DNA of 64,000 nucleotides from Candidatus Bathyarchaeia archaeon (GTDB lineage: Archaea > Thermoproteota > Bathyarchaeia > Bathyarchaeales > Bathycorpusculaceae), in the NCBI GenBank assembly GCA_050012755.1, contig JBEKGO010000022.1, forward strand, positions 1-64,000. Direction: 5' to 3'. Under the pieces are notes generated by a model. The model had not been told where the DNA came from and ran no database searches. It saw nothing but the letters and a program-made list of their open reading frames with translations. How positions within the stretch are numbered: the stretch's first letter is position 1; each line of letters opens with the position of its first letter. The position numbers and the translations under genes were made by a program. Positions 37,926 through 48,890 of the stretch are shown here, piece by piece.

Positions 37926-38798
37926 GTGCCGTTAATTACAAATTTTGACCCTTGGCGATCAGGCCTATGCACATGTCCGCCGAAACTCACGTTAAACCCT
38001 TACACTGGATGCGACCACCAATGCACCTACTGCTACGCTTCCAGCTACATCCCAAACTTCAGCGATTGCAGACCCAAAAAAGACCTGCTTGCAATTTTGA
38101 AACGCGAAGCAGGAAAACTCAAAGGCGAAACCATCTCAATAGCCAACTCATCAGACCCATACCCGCGTGCAGAAGCATCTACAGGGTTGACGAGGAGATG
38201 CCTAGAAATTCTATCTAAAAGCAACTGCAAAATCCAAATAATCACCAAAAGCAACATCGTAACCAGAGACGACGACTTGCTAACAAAAATTCCTTCAACA
38301 GTAGCGTTAACCATAACCACGGACGACGACAACTTGGCAAAACTGATTGAACCGTGGGCACCTTCACCGTCTCAACGTCTTAGGGCAGCCCAAGACTTGA
38401 TCAAAGCAGGAATACCCGTCTCGATTCGAATCGACCCCATTATACCCTTGGTAAACGATCAGCCGCAAAAACTCATTGCAGAGCTAGCCAGTATAGGTGT
38501 AAAACACTTAACATGCTCAACTTACAAGGCTAAAGCTGATAATTGGATGCGTCTCACCCGAGCCATGCCAAAAGTAGCGGACAAGCTTAAGCCACTCTAT
38601 TTTCAGCAAGGCGAAAAAATCGCCGGCAGCACGCTTTTGCCAAAAGACCTAAGATATAAGCTTCTTAGAGACATACGAGATTTGGCAGAGGCTAACGGGA
38701 TGAAGTTTGGCGTTTGTAGAGAAGGCTTAGCTCAACTAAACACGGCAGCATGTGATGGCTCATGGCTTATGCCGAAGGGCAAAAGGAGCACGCTGTAA
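37926..38798 (+). CDS. Radical SAM protein, spore-photoproduct-lyase-like (COG1533)
   Basis: LNPYTGCDHQCTYCYA, SDPYP, ITKS, PSPSQRL, RIDPIIP. Confidence 0.85.
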   Translation: MPLITNFDPWRSGLCTCPPKLTLNPYTGCDHQCTYCYASSYIPNFSDCRPKKDLLAILKREAGKLKGETISIANSSDPYPRAEASTGLTRRCLEILSKSNCKIQIITKSNIVTRDDDLLTKIPSTVALTITTDDDNLAKLIEPWAPSPSQRLRAAQDLIKAGIPVSIRIDPIIPLVNDQPQKLIAELASIGVKHLTCSTYKAKADNWMRLTRAMPKVADKLKPLYFQQGEKIAGSTLLPKDLRYKLLRDIRDLAEANGMKFGVCREGLAQLNTAACDGSWLMPKGKRSTL

Positions 38799-39901
38799 TG
38801 CAGAATCGCGTGGTTATGCTGGCAGATTTTGACTATTTTTTTGCCCAATGCGAAGAGCTACGCAATCCAGCCCTGAAGGACAAGCCTGTTGTTGTCGGCG
38901 TCTACTCAGGACGCACTGAGATAAGCGGAGCAGTAAGCACAAGCAACTATGTTGCCAGAAAACACGGCGTCAAATCAGGAATGCCTCTGTTCCTTGCAAT
39001 TCGGAAACTGGAAGGAACTGAGGCTATTTTCTTGCCAGTTGATCATGAATATTACGAGCAAATAAGCGAGCGCATTATGCAGATTTTCCGCGGCTACGCA
39101 GGCAGTATGGAACAGGTCAGCATTGATGAGGCTTATTTGGATGTTACGGAGCAAGTTCAAGGCAGCTTTGAAAGGGCAAAAGATTATGCTCAAGAAATCA
39201 AAAATGAAGTGAAAAAGCAAGTGGGCATCTCTTTCACAATCGGTATCGGACCCAACAAGCTTGTAGCCAAAATTGCGTGTGACAGCCAAAAACCCGACGG
39301 CTTAACAATTATAACCCCAGAGGAAGTCAGATGCTTTCTGTTGCCGTTGCCCGTTGATCGCTTGTTGGGAGTCGGCAAAAAGATAAATGCCAAAATGGAA
39401 TCTATGAGCATAAAAACCATAGACGACTTGTCGAAAATTGATGTTCAAAAGTTGATTGCAGTTTTCGGAAAAAGCCTCGGGCTATATTTTCACGACGCTG
39501 CTAGAGGCATCGACAATGAGCCTGTACAAGAAGCAGGCGAAGCTGGATCAATGGGGCGAATGGGTACGCTCAAAGAAGACACCCGCGACATATCAGTAAT
39601 AATGGCGAAAATTCACGAGCAGATTGAGGATATTTATGAAGAGTTCACAGCAAAAAACATTAGTTATCGGCTTGTAGGAATAAGTGCAGTGATGACTGAT
39701 CTTTCGAGCAAAAGCCGCTCTAAAACCTTAGATAAACCAGCAAAAGACCAAGAAACCATCTACAAAGAAGCCCAGGAACTCTTCGAGAAATATCTATCAG
39801 AGACGGAACTCCCAATCCGGCGCGTAGGAGCCAGAATTGGCAGTTTTGTCAAAGAAGAGCCGCGACAGAAACAGTTAACGAGCTTTTTCCAAACAAAATA
39901 A
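38798..39901 (+). CDS. dinB: DNA polymerase IV (Y-family)
   Basis: ADFDYFFAQ, STSNYVARKHGVKSGMP, SIDEAYLD, AKIACD..KPDG; TAATG coupling to the upstream gene. Confidence 0.95.
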   Translation: MQNRVVMLADFDYFFAQCEELRNPALKDKPVVVGVYSGRTEISGAVSTSNYVARKHGVKSGMPLFLAIRKLEGTEAIFLPVDHEYYEQISERIMQIFRGYAGSMEQVSIDEAYLDVTEQVQGSFERAKDYAQEIKNEVKKQVGISFTIGIGPNKLVAKIACDSQKPDGLTIITPEEVRCFLLPLPVDRLLGVGKKINAKMESMSIKTIDDLSKIDVQKLIAVFGKSLGLYFHDAARGIDNEPVQEAGEAGSMGRMGTLKEDTRDISVIMAKIHEQIEDIYEEFTAKNISYRLVGISAVMTDLSSKSRSKTLDKPAKDQETIYKEAQELFEKYLSETELPIRRVGARIGSFVKEEPRQKQLTSFFQTK

Positions 39902-39953
39902 GCCTAAGCAAACTTTTAGTTCATGCAAAACAATATTTTTGTAGGTAGTTTTC

Positions 39954-40547
39954 TTGTCCAACGAACTTGATAAAAAGAAGTTGCCGCCTAATCAAGAAGC
40001 AACAGATCGCATTTTACGTTGGGGCACTGATCACCCAGGCATAAAATCAACTAACCCTCAGCTCAAACTGGAAACCTACACGCTAACAATTGATGGCGAA
40101 GTAGAAACTCCTGTGAAGCTAAGCTGGAATGACTTCATGAAACTGCCAAAAACGGTTTCAACCAGCGATTTTCATTGCGTTGAAGGCTGGAGTGTTTTAG
40201 ATTGTAAATGGGAAGGCGTTCATATCCGTGAAATCGAAAAGCTCGTTAAACCCAAAGAAATTGCGAAGGCTGTCACTTTTGAATGCGCCGATTCGTATAC
40301 TACTTCGCTTTTCCGAGAAGAACTCTACGGCGACGATGTGCTCTTAGCTTACAAACTTAATAATGAAGTGTTGGAAGAAGGGCTGGGGTTTCCAGTACGC
40401 CTGATAGTTCCGAACAAATATGCATACAAAAGCGCTTTGTGGGTGGTTCATTTACGTTTCACACGCAACAAAGAACTGGGTTTCTGGGAACGACGAGGAT
40501 ACAATGACAACGCTGACGTCTGGAAGAATCAGCGTTTTAATTTATGA
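39954..40547 (+). CDS. Molybdopterin-dependent oxidoreductase (sulfite oxidase/MsrP-like catalytic domain)
   Basis: DFHCVEGWS, WEGV, GFPVRLIVP.KYAYKS, GFWERRGY. Confidence 0.9.
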   Translation: MSNELDKKKLPPNQEATDRILRWGTDHPGIKSTNPQLKLETYTLTIDGEVETPVKLSWNDFMKLPKTVSTSDFHCVEGWSVLDCKWEGVHIREIEKLVKPKEIAKAVTFECADSYTTSLFREELYGDDVLLAYKLNNEVLEEGLGFPVRLIVPNKYAYKSALWVVHLRFTRNKELGFWERRGYNDNADVWKNQRFNL

Positions 40548-41110
40548 CGTTCATTATTACTAAGACTCTTTGCTTAGGTTTTTTAATTTTTGATTTCGAC
40601 TTCAATTTGTTTCAGCGCGACCGTTTCGGAGTTTTGAGTTTGACGAACAAACGCTGTTTAAACACAATCAATCGCTTTTCATTTTTTATGTTAACAATAA
40701 ACTCAGTGATTTAAAAATTGGCGTTTAAACTCGGGACAAGATTTATAAGGGTACTTTGATACTCACTGGACTCTTCAAGAGGTTGAAAAATATGGCTCAG
40801 AAAAAACAAGCAAGGCACCCTTCAAACTGCCAAATAACCGCCGAAAAGGCAGTTATCACGACACAGTGCAGCATATCAAACGTGCCTTTGCAAAAACGAA
40901 AAGAAGACGCAAAAAAGATTCTCTACATAAACAGAATATAATCAACTGTTGTTAACGAGTTTTGTTAGGGTCCTCAGCAATTTTTAAACTGCACTTAAGC
41001 GACATCATTAGAATGAGAGGCAAAAGTGGAAAGTTTTATACTCAAAGTATATTCAAAGAAGATAACAAGAAATCCTTTGGACATAAAGGGTTCCACTAAA
41101 ATGAGTATTT

Positions 41111-42487
41111 ATGTTTGGCAAGGATGACGTAAAAAAACTAGTAAGCGAAAATTACCCGCTTTTAAGCATCCTAATCGGAATTACGTTTATTTCTCTTTCA
41201 ATAGGTCCTTTCCAAAATGGGGATACTGACTGGGAATTTGCAGCTGCAAAAGGCGTTTTGAAATGGGGCATGCCCTACGTTAACAGTATTGGTAACATAA
41301 TTAATCAGCCTCCTCTAGGCTTCTACCTTGAAGGATTATTTTTCAAAGGCGTTGGCACATCGGTGTACAACGGCACAATTTTAGTAACGTTGCTTGGGCT
41401 CGGAAGCACGATTATTATCTATAAAATCGGTAAGGAATTATACAGCAAACCTACTGGGCTGGTTGCGGCGGCACTTTTTGCATTAAGCCCATGGGAACTC
41501 GTTCTGTCAAGAAGCTTTTTGATAGACGTACAATGCTTATTCTTTAGCCTTCTTTGTTTATACGTTGGAATCTTAGCTATCCGCAGAGGTTCAATTAAGC
41601 TTTCCATGGTTTCAGGTATTTTCTTTGCAGCCGCGCTGCTAACCAAGTATTTTGCTGCCTTTATGCTTATCCCATTATTACTTTTTCTTCTCTATTCAAA
41701 ACCAAAGAAAACCAGGCTGTTTCTCAGTCAGGTAACTGCTTTCTTGGTACCTGCACTATTGTCTTCTTTGCTGTGGTATCAAGTAATTTTAGGAAAAAAC
41801 TTGTTTTATATGTTTCAACACAGCGACTTTAGCGATCTTAATAATAATGGCGTTAAATTGTCATACTCGTTCGTCGGCGTCTTTTTATGGAATTATGGTT
41901 TAGGCGCCTTCTTTATAGTTGCAACTGCGTTTTCTTTGATTTTGCTTGCTGCATTCAGAAAAGAATTACCAAAGACATTTCGTTTCGACCTTATTTGTTT
42001 GGCAACAATTCTCCCTATTTTAATCATTAATATGATCTTGGGAGCAGGGCTAAATCTTAAAGCTCCATACCTCAACGCCATCAAATATGATTACGAAGCG
42101 TTGCCTTTCTTCTGCTTGATTGCAGCTTCATTAGTAGGCAAATGCCTTTCCCTAATTAGTTTAACAAAATTCAAAGCTGATCTTAACGGGAAACTGGTTT
42201 TGTCGGCTGTTATAACTGGGTTTTTTCTGTTAGGGGCAACTATATTTTCCAGCATTAATTCTTCTTTCTGGCTATCTACTTCAGATTATTTGCTTTTTAG
42301 AGTGACCTTGGACCAAGCGGTCGGCTATTCTCTTTTTAATTATGCGCCAATTAGCCAAGGTAGCCTTCTATTAAGCCTTCAATATGCGGGGTTGTTTGTT
42401 CTTCTGTCTGGACTTCTATGGTCAAGCAGGGTCAAACTCCACGACTTCTTTAACGCAGTTTTGAAACTAACACACCATTCCAGTTGA
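41111..42487 (+). CDS. GT-C fold (PMT/ArnT-like, GT39-like) membrane glycosyltransferase
   Basis: NGDT..., NQPPLGFY, GLVAAALFALSP, SRSFLID, LTKY; multi-TM. Confidence 0.8.
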   Translation: MFGKDDVKKLVSENYPLLSILIGITFISLSIGPFQNGDTDWEFAAAKGVLKWGMPYVNSIGNIINQPPLGFYLEGLFFKGVGTSVYNGTILVTLLGLGSTIIIYKIGKELYSKPTGLVAAALFALSPWELVLSRSFLIDVQCLFFSLLCLYVGILAIRRGSIKLSMVSGIFFAAALLTKYFAAFMLIPLLLFLLYSKPKKTRLFLSQVTAFLVPALLSSLLWYQVILGKNLFYMFQHSDFSDLNNNGVKLSYSFVGVFLWNYGLGAFFIVATAFSLILLAAFRKELPKTFRFDLICLATILPILIINMILGAGLNLKAPYLNAIKYDYEALPFFCLIAASLVGKCLSLISLTKFKADLNGKLVLSAVITGFFLLGATIFSSINSSFWLSTSDYLLFRVTLDQAVGYSLFNYAPISQGSLLLSLQYAGLFVLLSGLLWSSRVKLHDFFNAVLKLTHHSS

Positions 42488-42569
42488 GACAAAACGCCAA
42501 GTCATGCAAAATAAGAGACAGACTTTTATACTAATCAACCAGATTTCAATCGCAAGCAAGGCCAAAACT

Positions 42570-43016
42570 ATGGACTTTACCGAAGCAAAACTCGGAAGAA
42601 TCTTCATACTCAGACTTCACCAGGACGAGCGACTAGATGAAGTTATAGAAAAATTTGCTTCCAAAAAACAACTTTCAAGCGCGTTATGTTTCTTTTTAGG
42701 TGGCGCAGAAGACAAAAGCAAAGTTGTCGTTGGACCAAAAGAGGGAAAAGGATGCACAATTGACCCCATGGTGACTCTTTTGAAGGGTGTGCATGAAGCC
42801 TGCGGAGTAGGAACCATCTTTACCAACGAAGAAGGCAAACCGAAACTTCACATGCATGCAAGCTTTGGACGAGATAACACCGCAGTTACAGGCTGTGTAC
42901 GGATGGGAGTTAACATTTGGTTGATAGGCGAAGTAGTCATTCTGGAGCTGGCAGGTTCCACTGCTAAAAGGGCAAAAAACAAAGAAACCAGTTTTGAAGT
43001 CTTAGATTTAAGTTAG
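42570..43016 (+). CDS. PPC domain (DUF296) protein
   Basis: GRIFILRL, HEACGVGTI, PKLHMHASFG. Confidence 0.85.
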   Translation: MDFTEAKLGRIFILRLHQDERLDEVIEKFASKKQLSSALCFFLGGAEDKSKVVVGPKEGKGCTIDPMVTLLKGVHEACGVGTIFTNEEGKPKLHMHASFGRDNTAVTGCVRMGVNIWLIGEVVILELAGSTAKRAKNKETSFEVLDLS

Positions 43017-43019
43017 CGT

Positions 43020-44678
43020 CTAACCTAAAAAGCGAACGAGGAAGAGTCTGTAACCTTTGTTGTTAGCAAAATCGCCAAAGAAAGGTTGATCAAGCGGATC
43101 GCCAAATCTGTGAGTATTGTAAATCATTGTCTCGACCTGCTGGTAATCCAAAGTAGAATTGAAAAATAATGTGTGAGGTCCATAGTCGAAGAGTATAATA
43201 TATTTTACGTTTCGTTGTTGGCATAGAATGACGAATTCTGTTATGTTAAAGTTAGGCGTGAAGGCGTCAACTGCTAGGTCAGGGTACTGCCAAATCTGGT
43301 CTGCTGACATGTTCGCGGGCAAATAAAACCTAAACATATCTTGGTCCAAAAGGTTGGAAGCGCAAACCAGCACTGCTGACTGATTTCGGTCAAGGTGATG
43401 AACCAAGTAGTTTGTAGCTTCATCGATGGGAATGTGGATTTGGTCTCTGGCAGTCATAAGGTAGGAATCACAACTAGCATAAGCAATTGTAGAAGCAATA
43501 ACTACAATGAAAATCACTGAAGCAAGTTTTTTGACTCGAACATCCTTGGCATCAACCAAATGGGGTTTCCATGCGCGGACTCTGCCGTAGAGGAAAAAGA
43601 TGAAGCTTGCCGCTGAAATCGCCAAGATTGGGAAGAGTGTGTCTACATATCGCCACTGCTTGTTTGGAATTGCAGTGAAGAAGAGGTAAATTACTATGAA
43701 CCAAGTGAGCAGGAAAAGGTCTTCTTTTTTGCGGCGGTAAGCAAAAAGCCCTAAGCCGCATAAGCCTAAGATGATAATTGGCAACGAGACGGGATGAACC
43801 GCTGCGTAGTTGTAGGGCCAGGTTATTTCAATCAAGTAGAAAACAGGCGCAAAAAATCGGTTGCTATATTCTAGTCGATTTTCTGCTCCGCTTTGCACTA
43901 CATAACCAACGGTCTCAAACTTTGTCATACCATTAAGTTGATAGACCATCAGAAACCATGGAGCGGCCACCAAAACAGCGATTACGAGAATGACGATGAC
44001 CTTTGCTATGCTTATTTTCAATCTCTTGCGCAGAAGCAACAGAACAGTTGCTAACATGGCGATAGCTGCAATTAAAATCTCATATTTTGCAAGAATGCCT
44101 ATGCCTAAAGTTAAGCCGCTGAAAAAAAGCGCTTTGTAACTGTTATTAGTTATCCACGAGTAAAAGAAAAACATTACCAAAGTAAAAAAGAAAATGAGGA
44201 TTGTTTCTAACATAGTTATTCTCGAAACCCAAAAGAACCCTGGCATAGTTCCGAGCAGTATGCTTGCGAGCAGCGCGTTTTTTGGTCCATACATTTTGCT
44301 GGAAAGTTCGAACACAACCCAGACGACAAGCACGGCAAAAGTAACTGAAACGAGCCTGCCCGCAATGGATGTCATCCCGAAAATTTGCATGTACCCAGTT
44401 GTTATCAAGTCGAATAATGGCGGGTAATAGCCATAAGTTGTCATGTAGAGGCTTGTCTGTCCTCGGCTTAACAGCAAACCGCCGTACAGATGAGGCATTT
44501 CATCCCATTGAAGCGACATGTACCCCAAATTCCACAAAAGAAAAACAACATAGACTATAGCGAAAACAAGGAAAGCAAGCCGCCACTTCTGTGTTTTAAC
44601 TACAAGCTTCAGCCTTGACCCTGCAGAGGCGTCAATTAACGGCGTCGTTGCATTGGGGGATATGCTTGGTTCTTCTAT
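43020..44678 (-). CDS. GT-C fold (PMT/ArnT-like) membrane glycosyltransferase
   Basis: WDEMPH, YYPPL, GRLVS, KQWRY. The frame stays open upstream of the ORF-track TTG (44537) to a probable ATA start at 44678. Confidence 0.8.
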   Translation of the reverse strand: MEEPSISPNATTPLIDASAGSRLKLVVKTQKWRLAFLVFAIVYVVFLLWNLGYMSLQWDEMPHLYGGLLLSRGQTSLYMTTYGYYPPLFDLITTGYMQIFGMTSIAGRLVSVTFAVLVVWVVFELSSKMYGPKNALLASILLGTMPGFFWVSRITMLETILIFFFTLVMFFFYSWITNNSYKALFFSGLTLGIGILAKYEILIAAIAMLATVLLLLRKRLKISIAKVIVILVIAVLVAAPWFLMVYQLNGMTKFETVGYVVQSGAENRLEYSNRFFAPVFYLIEITWPYNYAAVHPVSLPIIILGLCGLGLFAYRRKKEDLFLLTWFIVIYLFFTAIPNKQWRYVDTLFPILAISAASFIFFLYGRVRAWKPHLVDAKDVRVKKLASVIFIVVIASTIAYASCDSYLMTARDQIHIPIDEATNYLVHHLDRNQSAVLVCASNLLDQDMFRFYLPANMSADQIWQYPDLAVDAFTPNFNITEFVILCQQRNVKYIILFDYGPHTLFFNSTLDYQQVETMIYNTHRFGDPLDQPFFGDFANNKGYRLFLVRFLG

Positions 44679-44860
44679 GGTGAACCTCTCTCCTCTTAAA
44701 CAACCATTAATTCAATCATAATAAAAAAGCGTTTGTTAAAATGCAGATAATTTTTAGCGCAAGAGCACCAAGCTGGAGTCTATTTCGCGTCAAGGGAATT
44801 TCGTAGGTATAACTGTATTTACCCAAAAACAATCCCAGCCAAAAGATATGTTCCGCATGG

Positions 44861-45583
44861 ATGGCAAACGCTAAAATGAAGTTATCAATCGTAATACCAG
44901 CGTACAACGAGGAAAAACGAATCAAGACCACCTTGGAGAGCTTGGTTGAACGATTTGATGGTTCATGCGAAATTTTGGTAGTTTCAGAAAGCACTGATAA
45001 AACAGATGATATAGTCAGAGAATTCCCAAAGAACTCAGCAATTATCAAACTCTTAGCATCAAGCAAAAGGCTGGGAAAAGGCGGCGCTTTCAAAAAAGGC
45101 GCAACACAGGCCAATGGACAAATTGTAATGCTGCTTGATTCAGACCTGCCTGTGCCAGTGTCAGACGTTGAAAAAGTTGCAGCTTACATTGGGCAAGTTG
45201 ATGTTGCGGTTGCTTCAAGAGAACTTAAAGAAACAAAAATCTTAATTTATCCTCCTCGTGCAAGAGTTTTCGCTGGAAAAGCCTTCTCAAGAATATTCAA
45301 TGCCTTATTCAACCTCAATGTTAAGGATACTCAATGCGGCTGCAAGGCATTCAGAAAAGAGGTATTAGAAAAAGTCATAAATGATGTTGAAAGTAATGGA
45401 TTTGAGTTTGATGCAGAGCTTTTGTTCAAATGTAAAAGAGCTGGTTATAAAATAATAGAAGTCCCAGTGACTTGGAGTTATAAGCCTGATTCAAAGCTTA
45501 GTCTCTTTCAAGATACTTTAAAGATGGGCAGAGGGGTGCTCAAATTATGGGTGAAAACTTACATAGTCACGCAGAAGACTTAG
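44861..45583 (+). CDS. GT2 family dolichol-phosphate glycosyltransferase
   Basis: SIVIPAYNEE, GKGGA, LDSDL, DTQCGCKAF, GFEFDAE. Confidence 0.9.
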   Translation: MANAKMKLSIVIPAYNEEKRIKTTLESLVERFDGSCEILVVSESTDKTDDIVREFPKNSAIIKLLASSKRLGKGGAFKKGATQANGQIVMLLDSDLPVPVSDVEKVAAYIGQVDVAVASRELKETKILIYPPRARVFAGKAFSRIFNALFNLNVKDTQCGCKAFRKEVLEKVINDVESNGFEFDAELLFKCKRAGYKIIEVPVTWSYKPDSKLSLFQDTLKMGRGVLKLWVKTYIVTQKT

Positions 45584-46233
45584 AGCGTTTTGAAGAATCA
45601 GATTTTTGGAGCAAAGTCAAGGTTAAACTGATTTTGAAGCTGGTTGAGGGCAAAAAAGTCTTAGATGTTGGCAGCGGCTCCGGGCTTTTATCCAAAACCC
45701 TGCTAAATAAAGGCTACAATGTAACGGTAATTGACAATGATAGTAAAGCAATTGAGATTGCAAAAAAGAAAGGAATCAACGGATTTGTTGCTGACATAAA
45801 TACTTGGCAAACCCAAGAAAAATTTGATTGCATAATTCTTGGCGACGTACTTGAGCATATTGAAGATGATGAGTTGGCTATCAAGAAAGTTCATGAAATG
45901 CTGGAACCTAACGGCTGCATCATTGTGAATGTGCCTGCATATCAAACATTATTTAGCAAACATGACATCGTCTTGGGTCATAAACGGAGATATTCCAACA
46001 CAGATCTCGAATCTAAACTTCAAGATTCTGGTTTTACAATCGAAAGATTAAGACATTGGAATCTGCTGGCACTTCCAATTACCGTGTTCATTAAGATTTC
46101 CAAAAAAGATTACCCACATGAAAAAGTGTCAAATGTAACGCTGCTGTCAAAACTTCTCGAAAAATGGCTGTTAGCAGAATCAAAAGTGAATTATTGGTTT
46201 GGGATCTCTATTTTGTGCAAAGCAAGAAAATAA
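45547..46233 (+). CDS. Class I SAM-dependent methyltransferase
   Basis: VLDVGSGSG, DVLEHIEDD, VPAY...HD...GHKRRY. Confidence 0.9.
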   Translation: MGENLHSHAEDLERFEESDFWSKVKVKLILKLVEGKKVLDVGSGSGLLSKTLLNKGYNVTVIDNDSKAIEIAKKKGINGFVADINTWQTQEKFDCIILGDVLEHIEDDELAIKKVHEMLEPNGCIIVNVPAYQTLFSKHDIVLGHKRRYSNTDLESKLQDSGFTIERLRHWNLLALPITVFIKISKKDYPHEKVSNVTLLSKLLEKWLLAESKVNYWFGISILCKARK

Positions 46234-46258
46234 CAAGAAGGCATCTTAAAATTTTGTA

Positions 46259-46921
46259 TTAGACGTGGCTCAATTTTTTAATCATCCTTACGACCCGATG
46301 GTACTCTTGTTGAATGTTTAAAGTAACGGGTACAGCTTTGCCGAAGGGCTGGCAATTGCCTTCTACAATGGCTTTGGCGATGGCTTCAACATTTGGCTCC
46401 ACAGCCTCAATAACTGTGTAAGCATAACCTATTTGCGGTCCGTAATGTGAATCAGTGCCCGCCACCCGAACAAGCCCCAGCTTCTTGGCGGTTTCCTCTG
46501 CTTTTTTAACGCTACGTTTGAAGGGGAAAGCTCGGGAATTTATAACTTCCACTGCGTCAAAGGTGCTGCATACATTTTCTTTTAGGCACCCTTTGAAGTA
46601 CACGTAGGGGTGGCAGGCAATTGCGACTCCACCTGCCTTATGAATGCGCTCGACAGTTTCAGGAGCGCTTAAACCTCGGGGGATAAGCTCATGAACGTTA
46701 AGTGCGACGATGTGTCCGTCTGCGCTGGAGACTTCCATTCCTGGGATAATTAGGAAGTCTGTTTCTTTAGCTATTTTATACGCGCCATCCAACTGGTCAT
46801 GGTCTGTGACAGCTACAGCATTTAAACCCCGCTTTTTCGCATAATAAACAAGGTCTTTTGGCGTTATCAAAGAATCTTTCGAGTAGGTAGTGTGTACATG
46901 AAGGTCAGCTGTAATTCGCAT
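46259..46921 (-). CDS. PHP domain metal-dependent phosphoesterase
   Basis: DLHVHT..S.D, TDHD, GMEVS, HP, GTDSH. Confidence 0.9.
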   Translation of the reverse strand: MRITADLHVHTTYSKDSLITPKDLVYYAKKRGLNAVAVTDHDQLDGAYKIAKETDFLIIPGMEVSSADGHIVALNVHELIPRGLSAPETVERIHKAGGVAIACHPYVYFKGCLKENVCSTFDAVEVINSRAFPFKRSVKKAEETAKKLGLVRVAGTDSHYGPQIGYAYTVIEAVEPNVEAIAKAIVEGNCQPFGKAVPVTLNIQQEYHRVVRMIKKLSHV

Positions 46922-46935
46922 AGTTAGCCCCGTTC

Positions 46936-48636
46936 TTATTTTGGCTGGCTTTCCAGTTTAGCTCTAATCTGAGCCAACTGCTCATCCAGTTTCGCCTCGT
47001 CAGCATCAATTTTGTGAAACAGTGGCTTTGGCTTAGCTATTTTATGCCCAGCTCCAAGCGGTACTAAAGCTTCAGTCCAGTTGGTTTTGGCTGCGCTTCC
47101 TGGGAGGTTGAGTGTTTGCCAGAGCTGCTCTGCCGTTTCTGGAATGAAGGGTGCTGAAACAACTGCGATGGCTTTCACAACTTGCGCGGTTACGTAAAAG
47201 ATGGTTCCAGCTTTTTCTTTGTCGGTTTTCATTAAGTTCCATGGTTCTTTGTCGTTGAGGTATTGGTTGCCGATTCGGCTTATGCCGATGAGCGTGTTTG
47301 CGGCGGATTGTAACCATGAACCTTCGATTTCTTTAGCGGCTTGTTCAACTTTTTCTTTGACCGCTTGCAATATTGCCTCATCGTCTCTGTCAAGTTTGGT
47401 TGGTGCTGGAATTTGCCCATCAAATTTACTGTTAATGAATGAGAGGGTGCGGTGGATGAAGTTGCCGAAGGTGTCGTTGAGGTCAGCGTTTATTTTGTCT
47501 ATGAAGGCGCTCCATGTGAAATTGGTATCTTTGCTTTCCGGTCGCGTTGATACTAGGAAGAAGCGCCAGTAATCTACGGGAAACATTTCTAGGGCTTCAT
47601 CTATCCAGATGCCGATGCGTTGGCTTTTGGAAGCTTTTTGCCCTTTGAACTGTAGAAATTCGGTGGCTGAAACATTCCAGGGTAGATTGTAGCCTTGTCC
47701 TGAAGCCAGCAAGAGGGCGGGTAGGATTATGGTGTGGAAGGGGATGTTGTCTTTGCCGACGAAGTATAAGGTTTTGGCTTCCTTGCCAAACCAGAATTCA
47801 CGCCACAGCTCAGGTTGACCCATCCGTTCGGATAGCTCTATCGTTGCTGAAATATAGCCTAAAACCGCGTCAACCCAAACATAGATTGTTTTGCCTTCTG
47901 CCCCTTTGAAAGGTGCGGGGATGCCCCATTCGATATCGCGGGTGACGGCTCGTGGTTTTAAGCCTTCTTTTATCCAGTTCAGGCTGAAGTTTTTGACGTT
48001 GACTGGTAACTGCTGGTTACCTTTTAGGTACTCTGTCAATGGCTCGGATAGTTTTGAGAGGTCGATGTACCAATGCCTAGTGACTTTTACGGTAGGCTTA
48101 TTTTTGCAGATCACACAGTACGGCTCAACAAGCATAGTAGGCTCAAGTAGCCTGCCACATAGGTCGCACTGATCTCCGCGGGCTTTTTCACAACCGCAGT
48201 AAGGACATTTGCCTTCCACAAATCGGTCGGGTAAGAAGCGCTGGTCATGCTCGCAATAGAGCATCTGGGTTTCTTTATCGAAAATGTAACCATTTTTTTC
48301 GATTTCCAGCAGTGTTTTTTGAACAAACGCTCTGTGCACTGGGCTTTCTGTGCTTGTGTAATTGTCAAAAGAAGCTCCCCATCGCCGGAAGAGTTCGGCT
48401 ACTCTGGCGTGGTTCCGGTCAGTCAATTCTTTAGGTGTGATGCCCTGTTTTATCGCTTCTACCTCGATGGGTGTACCATGCGTGTCTGAACCGCTCACCA
48501 TCAGCGTATCGTCGCCCTTTAGCCTGTAATATCTGGCTGTAACGTCGGCTGAAAGGACGGAACCAACAAGGTTGCCCAGATGGGGTGTGACATTAATGTA
48601 CGGCCAAGCGGATGTAACTAAAACTCTTTCAGGCAA
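46936..48636 (-). CDS. metG: Methionine--tRNA ligase (no C-terminal tRNA-binding appendix)
   Basis: SAWPYIN..PHLGN, SGSDTHG, Zn knuckles, YVWVDA, GKDNIPFH, KASKS. Confidence 0.96.
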   Translation of the reverse strand: MPERVLVTSAWPYINVTPHLGNLVGSVLSADVTARYYRLKGDDTLMVSGSDTHGTPIEVEAIKQGITPKELTDRNHARVAELFRRWGASFDNYTSTESPVHRAFVQKTLLEIEKNGYIFDKETQMLYCEHDQRFLPDRFVEGKCPYCGCEKARGDQCDLCGRLLEPTMLVEPYCVICKNKPTVKVTRHWYIDLSKLSEPLTEYLKGNQQLPVNVKNFSLNWIKEGLKPRAVTRDIEWGIPAPFKGAEGKTIYVWVDAVLGYISATIELSERMGQPELWREFWFGKEAKTLYFVGKDNIPFHTIILPALLLASGQGYNLPWNVSATEFLQFKGQKASKSQRIGIWIDEALEMFPVDYWRFFLVSTRPESKDTNFTWSAFIDKINADLNDTFGNFIHRTLSFINSKFDGQIPAPTKLDRDDEAILQAVKEKVEQAAKEIEGSWLQSAANTLIGISRIGNQYLNDKEPWNLMKTDKEKAGTIFYVTAQVVKAIAVVSAPFIPETAEQLWQTLNLPGSAAKTNWTEALVPLGAGHKIAKPKPLFHKIDADEAKLDEQLAQIRAKLESQPK

Positions 48637-48890
48637 GCTTAAATCTCCAACAAATCGTTCAGCGCCAACCTTATTAAAATTACTATCCCGCCAAATCTTA
48701 ACCGTAGAATAATTGAAGAAAGCTGCCCACGAACACGAGACATTGCTGCCCTTAGATTAGCGCCAATTTCTCTTACCAAAATCAATCGATAGAAAATCTA
48801 AAAATGTTAAAACCAATATCAAACTGATGATTTTCTAATAAATGCTTAAATTAAAAAGTGCAATAACCGTAACATGAGGATTCATAACAG

